Of a DNA stretch of 64,000 nt, positions 30,236 through 40,645 are shown in pieces. The stretch comes from a virus (lineage: Duplodnaviria > Heunggongvirae > Uroviricota > Caudoviricetes). Each line of letters opens with the position of its first letter. The stretch's first letter is position 1. The position numbers and the translations under genes were made by a program. The DNA lies in IMG/VR virus record IMGVR_UViG_3300023179_004209, positions 1-64,000 of that record; one strand, given 5' to 3'. The notes below the pieces were generated by a model. That model saw nothing but the letters and a program-made list of their open reading frames with translations, ran no database searches and was not told where the DNA came from.

Positions 30236-31140
30236 ACATATTGGTTACAGGAGGAAATGGATTCTTAGGATCTAATATTGTAAAAAAACTAGTAAAAAAA
30301 AATCACAACGTATTAGTTGTATCAAAAAACAATAACAATATTAGCTCGGTTGTAGATAAATGTAAATTTATATCATCTTACATAAATGAATTGGAAATTC
30401 ATATCAATGACATCGAATCTTTTTTGCCTGAGGTAATCTTATTGTTTGGATGGAATGGTGCAAATAGTTACAAAGACATTCATCATATAGATCAATATCA
30501 CAAAAATATACCAGATCATATAAAATTTATAGAGTTAATTAATAAGTTTAAATACAAACCAAAAATCATAGGAGTCGGAAGTTTTGCTGAATATGGAAAC
30601 TATTCAATTCCAATTACAGAGGAGTTTTTTGAACGTCCTAATAGTTTATATGGATTGTCAAAATTTACATTTAAACAATATAGTGAAATGTTTTGTAAAC
30701 AAAACAATATAAACTGGTCGTGGATTCGTCCTTGTTATGTTTATGGCCCAAATGATGTTAATACGAGATTAATTCCATCATTAATCAATAAGTTTTTAAG
30801 AGATGAAAATGTATATCTAGATGAATGTAATACGATAATAGATTATTTGTATATAGATGACTTTGTAAACTTTGTATATCATTTGATTATATCAAATGAT
30901 AATGGTGTATATAACATCTGTTCAAATAATCAATATAAGTTAAAAAACATCATCAATCTCATACACCAGTTAACCAATAGTAAATCCGAAATAATATTTG
31001 ATAAAAAGTTAAATAGAACAACAAGTAATGGATTTATATGCGGCGACAATACAAAAATAAAGAATTTGTCCGGACTAAATAACTTTACAGATATTAATGA
31101 CGGATTAATTAAAACAATAAAATTGTTAAATGAATTATAA
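30232..31140 (+). CDS. NAD-dependent sugar epimerase/ketoreductase (extended SDR)
   Basis: TGGNGFLG, GS.AEYG, YGLSK, VYGP. Confidence 0.88.
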   Translation: MNILVTGGNGFLGSNIVKKLVKKNHNVLVVSKNNNNISSVVDKCKFISSYINELEIHINDIESFLPEVILLFGWNGANSYKDIHHIDQYHKNIPDHIKFIELINKFKYKPKIIGVGSFAEYGNYSIPITEEFFERPNSLYGLSKFTFKQYSEMFCKQNNINWSWIRPCYVYGPNDVNTRLIPSLINKFLRDENVYLDECNTIIDYLYIDDFVNFVYHLIISNDNGVYNICSNNQYKLKNIINLIHQLTNSKSEIIFDKKLNRTTSNGFICGDNTKIKNLSGLNNFTDINDGLIKTIKLLNEL

Positions 31141-32050
31141 AATTACGTGTCATTTAATGCCTTGGGAATTAGATTATGCAATATTATCTTTTACCCAATT
31201 AAACAAATCTAAATATCATCTGAATAAAGATGATGTTATATATGTAGACATTACATTAAATCTATCAAGTTATTTAATTGATTGGGAATCCACTAAAATT
31301 CCAAAAGATTTCTTTATAGACAAGTTTAAATCATTACAACCATTATTAAATGGGTATAAATGTAATTTTAAAATTTATGATGGTAATGAATTGTATGGCG
31401 GACTTAATACGATGTTAGAGTCTACGGAATCTCATATTGACTATTACATAGTATTAAATCCAGATATGTATTTCACAGAACATTTGTTATCTATACACAT
31501 ACAATCCTCCAAGATCATAAACAATGAATTTTTTATAATTTCTCCACAAATTCCAAAATTATGGGATGATACATGGGATGTTATATCCAATGCGAATTAT
31601 AGTCATATTTCACATAAAGATTATAATAAAATTGATGTATATGATGTTCGTAATTATATGAAAGTTAACGAACTTGATATTGAACTATTCCCAATTAATA
31701 CATTTAAATTTGCCGGTTGGATGGATTTATATAATAAAAAAACGTGGGAAAATTTTATTGTACAAAAGGGATGGAGAGGATATGGTGGTTGTGATTTTTA
31801 TGCAATGATATTAGCAAATTTTGCAAAGAATAAAGGTGTAAACATCCAACAATATATATTAAAAAATCAGATTACTACTGAATATTGTTATGGTTCAATG
31901 AATAGTACTGGTTATACCAATTATTACAAAAAATTGATAAAACTAAATGACATTCCAAATCAAAGAAAAGACTTTGATTCAAAAATGAATGGATATATAA
32001 ATGTTGGAATACAAAATTTAATAGATAAAAAAATAATTAAAAACATATGA
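31130..32050 (+). CDS. Putative GT-A fold glycosyltransferase
   Basis: YIVLNPDMYF, GYGGCD; operon context. Confidence 0.45.
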   Translation: MNYKITCHLMPWELDYAILSFTQLNKSKYHLNKDDVIYVDITLNLSSYLIDWESTKIPKDFFIDKFKSLQPLLNGYKCNFKIYDGNELYGGLNTMLESTESHIDYYIVLNPDMYFTEHLLSIHIQSSKIINNEFFIISPQIPKLWDDTWDVISNANYSHISHKDYNKIDVYDVRNYMKVNELDIELFPINTFKFAGWMDLYNKKTWENFIVQKGWRGYGGCDFYAMILANFAKNKGVNIQQYILKNQITTEYCYGSMNSTGYTNYYKKLIKLNDIPNQRKDFDSKMNGYINVGIQNLIDKKIIKNI

Positions 32051-32922
32051 AAATATTTTCAAATTTTAGACCGGATACATGTCATACTTACGATGAATTT
32101 AAAAAGGTATGTAAAGATAAACCAATTACCTTATTTTATGATTATATACCAAAAAGTCTTGATCAGTTAAATATAAATCCATATAATTTTATAATATTAG
32201 TTGAACCAAATGAATTTTTTGGACTACAATCTTGGGTTCGACAAAATAATCATTTATTTACAGGAATTATAACATGGAATGAATCTTTGTTTAAAGATTG
32301 TTCTAATGCAATATTCTTTCATTATATTGGAGATGGTGGCGCAGGTGATATAAATCATAACTATCTAGAAGATTTTAACGATAAATATCCAAATAAAAAA
32401 TTCGAAATAAGTTTCTTATGTGGTGCAAAAACGTTAGTAGAAGGACATAAATTTAGACAGGAAATTCATAAGATAGAAAACAAAATTACTATTCCTAAAA
32501 AATGGTTCTATACATTAGATGATTTTAATATTGAGGATTTTAAAAAAGGAGGCATTGGTAGACCAAATGACATTTGGGTACAAAAACAAATATGTTATCA
32601 AGAATCAATGTTCCATATTGGAGTAGAAAATGTAAAATACAACAATTGGTGTACTGAAAAAATCTGTGACGCTTTTGCAACTAAAACTGTTCCTATTTAT
32701 TGGGGATGTCCAAATTTAGAAGAACTTGGATATGATGAACGAGGTATAATTCGATTCAATTCAACTGATGAATTGGTGTCAAAAATAAACAATTTAACAC
32801 CCGATGACTATTATAGTAGATTGCCATACATTGAACATAACTATAAAATGATTAAAAATTTTAGATTTAAAGATGTTATTGCCAGATTGTTTAAAGATTT
32901 TATCTCCGAAAATAATATATGA
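32047..32922 (+). CDS. GT10 (alpha-1,3-fucosyltransferase-like) glycosyltransferase
   Basis: FHIGVEN....WCTEKICDAF...TVPIYWG. Confidence 0.8.
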   Translation: MKIFSNFRPDTCHTYDEFKKVCKDKPITLFYDYIPKSLDQLNINPYNFIILVEPNEFFGLQSWVRQNNHLFTGIITWNESLFKDCSNAIFFHYIGDGGAGDINHNYLEDFNDKYPNKKFEISFLCGAKTLVEGHKFRQEIHKIENKITIPKKWFYTLDDFNIEDFKKGGIGRPNDIWVQKQICYQESMFHIGVENVKYNNWCTEKICDAFATKTVPIYWGCPNLEELGYDERGIIRFNSTDELVSKINNLTPDDYYSRLPYIEHNYKMIKNFRFKDVIARLFKDFISENNI

Positions 32923-33425
32923 ATTATATAATTGTATCGGCATTAGAACAAGAATTTCCGTTTGATAAGGAATTAAATGTATTATATACAGGAGTTGGTA
33001 AAATAAATGCTAGTATATCGTTATTAACTTATTTATATAACAATCCATATATTGATACTGTTATTAATGTTGGAACTGCGGCTGGAATAATAGAAAAAAA
33101 GAATCAAGTAGTAAGTTGTGGAACGTTTATAGAAGGAGAACTTGACTATCCAAGTTATGTATTGGAACCTATAATTATAAATCCAAATTTATATACACTC
33201 GCCACATTTGATTCATTTCAAACATCAGTTCCAAAACGTAAATGTGACTTAGTTGACATGGAAGGATATGCGTTTGCGAAAATATGTAAAATAAAGAAAA
33301 TTAATTTCTTCTGTTTTAAATATATATCTGATATAATCGGAGAACAAAATCAAGAAGAAATATGGCTTTATAATTATCAAAATGGCCGAACTCTTCTTAA
33401 AGAAATGGTTATTAAACATATATGA
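32919..33425 (+). CDS. MTA/SAH nucleosidase-like (PNP/UDP family) protein
   Basis: TGVGKINA, NVGTAAG, VDMEGYA, KYISD. Confidence 0.85.
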   Translation: MNYIIVSALEQEFPFDKELNVLYTGVGKINASISLLTYLYNNPYIDTVINVGTAAGIIEKKNQVVSCGTFIEGELDYPSYVLEPIIINPNLYTLATFDSFQTSVPKRKCDLVDMEGYAFAKICKIKKINFFCFKYISDIIGEQNQEEIWLYNYQNGRTLLKEMVIKHI

Positions 33426-34366
33426 AAAAAATACTAATTACTGGTGGTGCTGGATACTTGGGATCTGTTTTGACTGAAACTCTATTGAAAGAAGGACATT
33501 CCGTAACTATCCTTGATAATTTATCCTATAATCAATTATCACTAGGTGGGTTCTGTTCAAATGAAAATTTCAATTTCGTACTAGGAGATGTAAGAAATGA
33601 ATCTTTATTGGAAAAATTGGTAAATGAAAACGAAGTAGTTATACCACTAGCTGCAATTGTAGGAATGCCTGCGTGTAAATCAAATCCTCAAGCTGCGATT
33701 GATATAAATCTAAATCAAATTAAAAATGTAATCAAATTTTCAAAATCTGATTCTAATAAAAAAATTATTCTTCCAAATACAAACAGTCAATATGGATCAT
33801 CTACAGAGATTATTACTGAAAACAGTCCATTTAAACCCTTATCATTATATGCAGAAACTAAATGTGATGCTGAAAAAGCACTTTTAGACTCAGGAAATGG
33901 TATTGCATTACGTCTAGCAACTGTATTCGGTATGTCATATAGAATGAGAATGGATCTTCTGGTAAATGATTTGACATATAAAGCATTAACCGATGGTTAT
34001 TTAGTATTATTTGAATCCCATTTTATTCGTAATTATGTTCATGTTCGTGATGTAGCAAATACATTCTCTTTCATGATTCGTAATTACAATCAGTGTAATC
34101 AATCTGCATATAATGTTGGATTGACATCAGCAAATTGTAATAAACTTGAATTGGCAGAAACTATTAAAAAGTATGTGCCAGAATTAGTAATAGTTCAAAA
34201 TGAATTTAAGAAAGATTTTGATCAAAGAAATTATAGAGTTTCAAATCAAAAATTAGAATCATTAGGATGGACTGCTAATTATTCATTGGATCACGGCATT
34301 CAAGAATTATTAAAAGGATATAAAATGATTGTAAAATTCAAAAATAAAGATTTTACCAATCTATAA
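33422..34366 (+). CDS. NAD-dependent sugar epimerase/dehydratase (extended SDR)
   Basis: TGGAGYLG, LAAIVG.P.C, YAETK, RLATVFG.S.RMR.DLLVN. Confidence 0.9.
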   Translation: MKKILITGGAGYLGSVLTETLLKEGHSVTILDNLSYNQLSLGGFCSNENFNFVLGDVRNESLLEKLVNENEVVIPLAAIVGMPACKSNPQAAIDINLNQIKNVIKFSKSDSNKKIILPNTNSQYGSSTEIITENSPFKPLSLYAETKCDAEKALLDSGNGIALRLATVFGMSYRMRMDLLVNDLTYKALTDGYLVLFESHFIRNYVHVRDVANTFSFMIRNYNQCNQSAYNVGLTSANCNKLELAETIKKYVPELVIVQNEFKKDFDQRNYRVSNQKLESLGWTANYSLDHGIQELLKGYKMIVKFKNKDFTNL

Positions 34367-34391
34367 AATTTAACAATTAGTTATATTTAAA

Positions 34392-35357
34392 ATGGATAAA
34401 AATTTATTAGTTGTATACAATATTTGTGGGATTAAACACGATAACATTAAAATGTGGGTTAATCATCTACAAGATATTGTAGATCAAAAGTATAACAACT
34501 TTACTGTTGCAATATCAGGATGTAAGATATCAGAGTCATCTAAGAAAACACTCATCGAATTTAAAAATAAATATAAAAATGTAGTTTTTAATTTCACCGA
34601 TGAAACTTTACCAGTAAATGTTACTTTTAATCATACCACGCAGATTTGTTCATCTGAATTCGGTACATTTGATGGATATATTTATGTAGCATCAGATGTA
34701 AAATTCGGAACAGATTATGATGTATTAACCAAACTCAGTCATTTACATTTTAGTACTAATAGTGCCATGACATACGCATTAGTAGATAATGATCATGGAT
34801 TGGATGGGTGGTACAATGAATGTTGGGATGAATTGAATCAATTATTAGAAAAAGATCATTTTTGTATTAATATCGGAAAAACAGGAAACATGCATGTAAT
34901 ATTATTTGACAAAGAATTGTATGTCAAATATGATACTAAAATAATTCCTGATATTTTTGCATCTCATTGTACAGAAACAACTTATAGTTATTTAGCCGCA
35001 TCCATTAACAAAAAGATTACAGTTCACAATAAAAGTGTAATGTTAAAACATATTGGATTTGCAGACGGACATAGTGTTGGTTTCATGGATGAAATAGGAT
35101 GGAATCATAAATTAGCATGGAAACACTTTTTCAAATGTAAATCAACAGCAGAAGAAAGATTGTTGTCAAATGAAGCTAAAGAAGTAGGATTTGGTTATGT
35201 TGATTTTTATGGAGGATTTAAACACGATTCAAATTTATATGATGAAAATGAAAATCATATACAACCAGAAAAACTGTTCAATTTTCTAAAAAAGAGTGTA
35301 TATCTTTCAAACGAAGAATTCAATTATAGTGAGATTAAATATAGTTTTATAAAATAA
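34392..35357 (+). CDS. Putative GT-A fold glycosyltransferase
   Basis: N.TFN, YIYVASD, IPDIF.S.CTE; operon context. Confidence 0.45.
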   Translation: MDKNLLVVYNICGIKHDNIKMWVNHLQDIVDQKYNNFTVAISGCKISESSKKTLIEFKNKYKNVVFNFTDETLPVNVTFNHTTQICSSEFGTFDGYIYVASDVKFGTDYDVLTKLSHLHFSTNSAMTYALVDNDHGLDGWYNECWDELNQLLEKDHFCINIGKTGNMHVILFDKELYVKYDTKIIPDIFASHCTETTYSYLAASINKKITVHNKSVMLKHIGFADGHSVGFMDEIGWNHKLAWKHFFKCKSTAEERLLSNEAKEVGFGYVDFYGGFKHDSNLYDENENHIQPEKLFNFLKKSVYLSNEEFNYSEIKYSFIK

Positions 35358-35359
35358 AT

Positions 35360-36898
35360 ATGAATGTATTATTTATCAATCCGGGAAACAAAGAAGCAAT
35401 TTATCAAGGATTATCAACAACTTATTCTGCAATTGAACCCCCAACATGGGCATTACTATTAGCAGAATCTTGTCGTTCTATAGGGAAAACAGTTTCTATC
35501 TTGGATATTAACGCAGAAAATCTATCAGTAGAACAATCGTTTGAACGTATTAAGAATATCAATCCAAAACTCATATGTTTTGTAGTATATGGGCAAAATG
35601 TAAATGCTGGAACAGTAAGTATGAGTGGCGCAGTTGCACTTTCCAATTATATTAAACAACAAAATTGTAATATTCCTATTGCTTTCGTTGGTTCTTATGT
35701 CCAAGCATTACCAAAAAAGGCATTGTTTGAAGAAAAATCAATTGATATTGTATTCACAAATGAAGGTGTTTACGCATTAAGAAATCTAATATCACAAGAT
35801 TATATTGATGTAAATAAGCTAGACCACATCAAAGGAATTGCATGGAGAAAAAATGGATTCCCAACATTAAATGCACCTGAAAGTGTTGTTCCACAAGATA
35901 GATTGGATATTGATTTACCAGGCTATGCATGGGATTTGTTACCATATAAAGAAAAACCATTGGATTTATACCGTTCTCCAATGTGGCATGCAGAATACGA
36001 TCATAATAAACGTACACCTTATGCTGCAATTCAGACATCATTGGGATGTCGATTTGGATGTGATTTTTGTATGATTAATATTGTTAACAGAAATGATAAT
36101 GATGAAATCGGTGTTGCATCGAATTATAGTTCTATGAGATATTGGTCTCCCGAATTCATTATTAATGAATTTGACAAGTTAGTTAAAATGGGTGTAGAAA
36201 CCATTCGTATTGTAGATGAAATGTTTCTATTGAATAAAAAATATTATGTTCCTCTATGTACTATGTTGAAAGAAAGAGGATATGGTAAAAATTTAAGAAT
36301 GTGGGCATATTCTCGTATTGATACCGTATCAAATCCAGAACTACTAAAGTTGGTAAGAGAAGCTGGTATTAAATGGCTTTGTTTAGGAATCGAAAGTGGA
36401 GATAGAAATGTAAGATTGGAAGTGTCCAAAGGTAAATTTCAAGACGTAGATATTCAAAAAGTAATTCAATACATTCACGAATCGGATATAGAAATCATGG
36501 CAAATTATATATTTGGATTGCCTGGTGACACTTTTGATAGTATGCAAAAAACATTGAATCTTTCTAAAGAATTATGCACATTTGGTTGGAATGCATATGC
36601 TGCAATGGCATTACCAGGAAGTAAGTTGTATAAAGATGCAATTGATAAAGGTCGTCCAATACCAAAAACATATGAAGGATTCTCATTTCATTCATATGAA
36701 ACATTACCTTTGCCAACAGATGCATTGACCTCTGCACAAATTATAAAATTTAGAGATAATGCGTTTGAAGAATATCATTCATATCCACCATTTTTAGAAA
36801 AAGTTGAACGAAAATATGGTGCGACAGCAGTAAATAATATTAAAGAAATGTTAAAAATTAAGTTAAAAAGAAAGATTGTAGAAGAAGAAATAAAATAA
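35360..36898 (+). CDS. Cobalamin-binding radical SAM enzyme (class B methyltransferase-like)
   Basis: N-terminal B12-binding domain (EPP.W..LLA), SLGCRFGCDFC, DEMF, GIESG, IFGLPGD. Confidence 0.88.
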   Translation: MNVLFINPGNKEAIYQGLSTTYSAIEPPTWALLLAESCRSIGKTVSILDINAENLSVEQSFERIKNINPKLICFVVYGQNVNAGTVSMSGAVALSNYIKQQNCNIPIAFVGSYVQALPKKALFEEKSIDIVFTNEGVYALRNLISQDYIDVNKLDHIKGIAWRKNGFPTLNAPESVVPQDRLDIDLPGYAWDLLPYKEKPLDLYRSPMWHAEYDHNKRTPYAAIQTSLGCRFGCDFCMINIVNRNDNDEIGVASNYSSMRYWSPEFIINEFDKLVKMGVETIRIVDEMFLLNKKYYVPLCTMLKERGYGKNLRMWAYSRIDTVSNPELLKLVREAGIKWLCLGIESGDRNVRLEVSKGKFQDVDIQKVIQYIHESDIEIMANYIFGLPGDTFDSMQKTLNLSKELCTFGWNAYAAMALPGSKLYKDAIDKGRPIPKTYEGFSFHSYETLPLPTDALTSAQIIKFRDNAFEEYHSYPPFLEKVERKYGATAVNNIKEMLKIKLKRKIVEEEIK

Positions 36899-36933
36899 AC
36901 ATACAAAAGTAAAACTACATAAGTATATTGACT

Positions 36934-37542
36934 ATGATAAAAAACTATACTCCATCAGAATTAATATCATTTGAAGAAGACATTGCGGAACAGTTTAATA
37001 ATTCAAAAATAAAAGCGCCTATTCATTTGTATAACGGTAACGAATCACAAATGATTCAAATATTTGATGATATTAAAGAAGAAGATTGGGTTTTTTGTAC
37101 ATGGAGATCACATTATCAATGTTTGTTAAAGGGAGTACCACCAGAAACCGTTAAATCTGATATTCTCAAGGGCAAATCAATTACTTTGTGTTATCCAGAA
37201 TATAAAGTATATTCATCTGCAATTGTAACGGGAAATATTCCTATTGCAACTGGAGTAGCATTAGACATTAAAAGAAAAGGTTCCAATGAAAAGGTTTGGT
37301 GTTTCGTTGGTGACATGACATCTGAAACGGGTACCTTTTTTGAAAACTGGAAATATTCAGTGAATCATGATTTACCTATTACTTATATTATAGAAAATAA
37401 CGGTAAATCTGTTTGTACAGATACATTGAAAGTGTGGAATTGTGAAGAATTATTCTTTGCAAAAGAAACTCGTAAAATTAAATATTACAAATACGAAACA
37501 AAGTATCCTCACGCTGGCGCAGGCAAAAGAATTCAATTTTAA
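36934..37542 (+). CDS. TPP-dependent dehydrogenase E1 alpha-like subunit (short)
   Basis: PIHL..GNE, WRSH, SAIV.G, GD....G...E..N...ENN TPP motif. Confidence 0.8.
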   Translation: MIKNYTPSELISFEEDIAEQFNNSKIKAPIHLYNGNESQMIQIFDDIKEEDWVFCTWRSHYQCLLKGVPPETVKSDILKGKSITLCYPEYKVYSSAIVTGNIPIATGVALDIKRKGSNEKVWCFVGDMTSETGTFFENWKYSVNHDLPITYIIENNGKSVCTDTLKVWNCEELFFAKETRKIKYYKYETKYPHAGAGKRIQF

Positions 37543-37546
37543 TATT

Positions 37547-38083
37547 ATGAAATATTTCGACGAACTTAAAAAATCAATGGATTGGTTGGCAACTAAAGAA
37601 AACACTTTGTTTTTAGGTCAGGCAGTAGAATATGCCGGTACTGGTATGACAAATACATTAAAAGATGTAGATAGATCTAAGTTATTAGAAATGCCTGTCA
37701 ATGAAGATATGCAAATGGGTATGTCAATTGGAATGGCATTAAATGGTACAGTTCCTATTTCTATATATCCTAGATGGAATTTTCTATTACTAGCCGCAAA
37801 TCAATTGGTAAATCATTTGGATAAAATGAAAATTATGTCTGATGGAGGATATAAACCAAAAGTAATTATTAGAACATCAATTGGTTCTCAACGTCCATTA
37901 CATCCACAACATCAACATATCAGTGATTTTTCAGGAGGATTTAAAGCAATGTGTGATACAGTTGATATTATTCGATTGGATGAACCACATCAAATTTTTG
38001 AATCATTCCAATATGCTTATGAACGAACTGATAATAGATCCACTATCTTAGTTGAATGGGGTGATTATTACGGAGAAAAATAA
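37547..38083 (+). CDS. E1 beta/transketolase pyrimidine-binding subunit (lacks C-terminal domain)
   Basis: Start corrected to ATG 37547; LGQ, EMPV.E..QMG..IG.A, NQLVN, HPQHQH. Confidence 0.8.
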   Translation: MKYFDELKKSMDWLATKENTLFLGQAVEYAGTGMTNTLKDVDRSKLLEMPVNEDMQMGMSIGMALNGTVPISIYPRWNFLLLAANQLVNHLDKMKIMSDGGYKPKVIIRTSIGSQRPLHPQHQHISDFSGGFKAMCDTVDIIRLDEPHQIFESFQYAYERTDNRSTILVEWGDYYGEK

Positions 38084-38084
38084 C

Positions 38085-39047
38085 ATGACTATCGTTAAAT
38101 CGCCATTTAGAATATCATTATTTGGAGGATCTACCGATTATAAAGGATTTTATGAAAAATACGGGTCATTTATAATTGGTACAACTATTAATAAATATTG
38201 TTATCTTTCTATGAGGTATCGACCATCAATACTCTCAAAACAATATTTATGCACATATTCAAAGTATGAATTAGTGGATACTATAGAACAAATACAAAAT
38301 CCACTAATTAGAGCGACATTAAAATACTATAATGTAGATAAACCGATTGAATTTTTTTCATATTCAGACATTCCAGCAAGAACCGGACTAGGTGGTTCAT
38401 CAACATATTGCGTAGGAATGTCATATTTAATCCACAAACTCCAAAACAAACAAATAAATAAAAAAGAGATAATCAAATCTGCGATTAAAATAGAAAGAGA
38501 AATTCTCAATGAAAGTGGTGGCATTCAAGATCAAATTTGGCCTTTTGCAAAAGGTTTAAATTCCATAGAAATTGATAAAAACGGAGAATTTAGTATAAAA
38601 CCATTACCATTAACAGAAGAATTTTTAGTAGAATTACAGAAATCATTTACACTAATATATACTGACGAACAACGAAATACAGATCAAATTGCTAAATCTC
38701 ATGAAAATGATATAAACAATAAATTGAATATATTAGAATTAGCAAAAGAATCATACTCTGCATTCTTAAAAGAAGATATAAAATCAATAGGATGTTTGTT
38801 GTATCAAAGTTGGATCAATAAAGAAAAAATATCCCCATTAATTTCTAATAATAAAATAAAGCAAATAATCGATGATGTAATGTCAATGGGTGCATATGGT
38901 GCAAAATTATTAGGAAGCGGAGGATGTGGATTTGTGTTAGTTGTATCAGATCCTATTATAAAAACCAAAATACTTGAAAAATATAATGGTAATGTATTAG
39001 AATTCGATTTTGAAAAATCAGGAACATCTGAAATTTTTTCTAGTTAA
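38085..39047 (+). CDS. hddA: GHMP sugar kinase, D-glycero-D-manno-heptose 7-phosphate kinase-like
   Basis: PFRISLFGGSTD, IPARTGLGGSS, GGIQDQ, GAKLLGSGGCGF; start corrected to 38085. Confidence 0.8.
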   Translation: MTIVKSPFRISLFGGSTDYKGFYEKYGSFIIGTTINKYCYLSMRYRPSILSKQYLCTYSKYELVDTIEQIQNPLIRATLKYYNVDKPIEFFSYSDIPARTGLGGSSTYCVGMSYLIHKLQNKQINKKEIIKSAIKIEREILNESGGIQDQIWPFAKGLNSIEIDKNGEFSIKPLPLTEEFLVELQKSFTLIYTDEQRNTDQIAKSHENDINNKLNILELAKESYSAFLKEDIKSIGCLLYQSWINKEKISPLISNNKIKQIIDDVMSMGAYGAKLLGSGGCGFVLVVSDPIIKTKILEKYNGNVLEFDFEKSGTSEIFSS

Positions 39048-39050
39048 TAT

Positions 39051-39473
39051 ATGAAAATAGGAATAGTATCTGGGTATTTTAATCCCGTCCACTATGGACA
39101 TATCGAATACATCAATTCTGCAAAAGAAAACTGTGATAAATTAATTGCAGTCATCAATAGTGATTACCAACGTGAATTAAAAGGAACAAAAGAATTCATG
39201 GACGAAAATCACAGATCTAAAATTATATTTAATTTGAAATCAGTTGATGATGTATTTATTTCTGTTGACAAAGACAAAACTCAATGTCAGACTCTTAGAT
39301 ATTTAAAAAATAAATATAAAGAAGATCACTTGATATTTTTTAACAGTGGCGATAGAAAAGGTTCAAATTTAGTTACTGCAGAATCAGATGTATGTAAAGA
39401 AATTGGAATAGAAGAATCAATTCTTGATCTACCAAAAATATACTCGTCAAGTGAACTACTAAAAAAGTTATGA
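39051..39473 (+). CDS. Cytidylyltransferase-family nucleotidyltransferase
   Basis: SGYFNPVHYGH (HxGH), GDR, SSS. Confidence 0.85.
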   Translation: MKIGIVSGYFNPVHYGHIEYINSAKENCDKLIAVINSDYQRELKGTKEFMDENHRSKIIFNLKSVDDVFISVDKDKTQCQTLRYLKNKYKEDHLIFFNSGDRKGSNLVTAESDVCKEIGIEESILDLPKIYSSSELLKKL

Positions 39474-40645
39474 ATAATTTTTACTTACCATTAATGGAAG
39501 ACAATATTGACAGAGAAGATGTCAATACACTAATAAACTTTCTAAATCAAACACCAATACCAAAACTAACCAATGGACCAAAAGTAGTTGAATTTGAAAA
39601 TGCATGGGGTCAATGGTTGGGTACTAAATATAATTTGATGGTTAATAGTGGAGCTAGTGCAAATGAATTGACAATACTTGCATTAAATGAACTGTACGAA
39701 GACGGCGAAGTGATTTTACCGCCCCTAACATGGATATCAGATGTTTCGTCAGTAATATTTAGCGAATTTACACCTATATTTTGTGATATCAATCTAAAAA
39801 ATCTATCTTTTGATTTGGAAAAACTTAAGAAATTAATTACACCAAAAACAAGAGCAATATTTTTGACTCATGTTTTGGGAATCAATGGTCTCACAGACGA
39901 ACTATTAAACATTTGTAAAGAGAATAACATTCATCTAATTGAAGATGTATGCGAGTCTCACGGTACTACATTTAAAGGTAAAAAAGTAGGATCATATGGA
40001 TTTGTAAGCAATTTTAGTTTTTACTTCGCACATCATATGTCCACTATTGAAGGTGGTATGATTTGTACCAACGATGAAAGATTCTATCAAATTTGTAGAG
40101 CATTAAGATCACATGGTATGATTAGAGAAATGACGGATGAATCCATGAGAAATGAAATTATCTATAAAAATCCTGATCTCAACAAAGATTTCATTTTCTT
40201 ACGTCCATCTCATAACTTTAGAAGTACCGAACTTAATGCAGTGTTAGGATTGTCTCAGTTGAAAAAATTAGACAAAAATAACAAAAATAGAATAGACAAC
40301 TATAACTATTTTATGAGTAAATTAGATCCTTCCAAATATATTACTGACATAGAATTAGATGGACAATGTAATTATGCATTTACAGTAATCTTAAAAGATC
40401 CTTCTTTTGTTACTCGTCTAAATGTAGAATTGAGATTAAAAGAAGCCTGTATTGAATTTAGAAGAGGAATGTCCGGTGGAGGAAATCAACTTCGACAACC
40501 ATACATCAAAAAACATTTCAATATCAACTATGACGATTTTAAAGTAGTAGACCACGTTCATAACTTTAGTTGGTATATTGGCAATTATCCAGGTCTACAA
40601 AGAGAAAAAATTGATACTTTATTGAATGTATTAAATAATGTATGA
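39470..40645 (+). CDS. DegT/DnrJ-family PLP enzyme, ColD-like 3-dehydratase
   Basis: NSGASAN, EDVCESHG, FSFYFAHHMSTIEGG (His in place of the Schiff-base Lys). Confidence 0.82.
   Translation: MNNFYLPLMEDNIDREDVNTLINFLNQTPIPKLTNGPKVVEFENAWGQWLGTKYNLMVNSGASANELTILALNELYEDGEVILPPLTWISDVSSVIFSEFTPIFCDINLKNLSFDLEKLKKLITPKTRAIFLTHVLGINGLTDELLNICKENNIHLIEDVCESHGTTFKGKKVGSYGFVSNFSFYFAHHMSTIEGGMICTNDERFYQICRALRSHGMIREMTDESMRNEIIYKNPDLNKDFIFLRPSHNFRSTELNAVLGLSQLKKLDKNNKNRIDNYNYFMSKLDPSKYITDIELDGQCNYAFTVILKDPSFVTRLNVELRLKEACIEFRRGMSGGGNQLRQPYIKKHFNINYDDFKVVDHVHNFSWYIGNYPGLQREKIDTLLNVLNNV

Noticed and set aside
25447-38083. Branched-chain amino acid synthesis (ilvB) and a pyruvate dehydrogenase complex as auxiliary metabolism
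   Set aside because: No ilvN/C/D and no E2/E3; the E1 subunits are truncated; context favours sugar branching.
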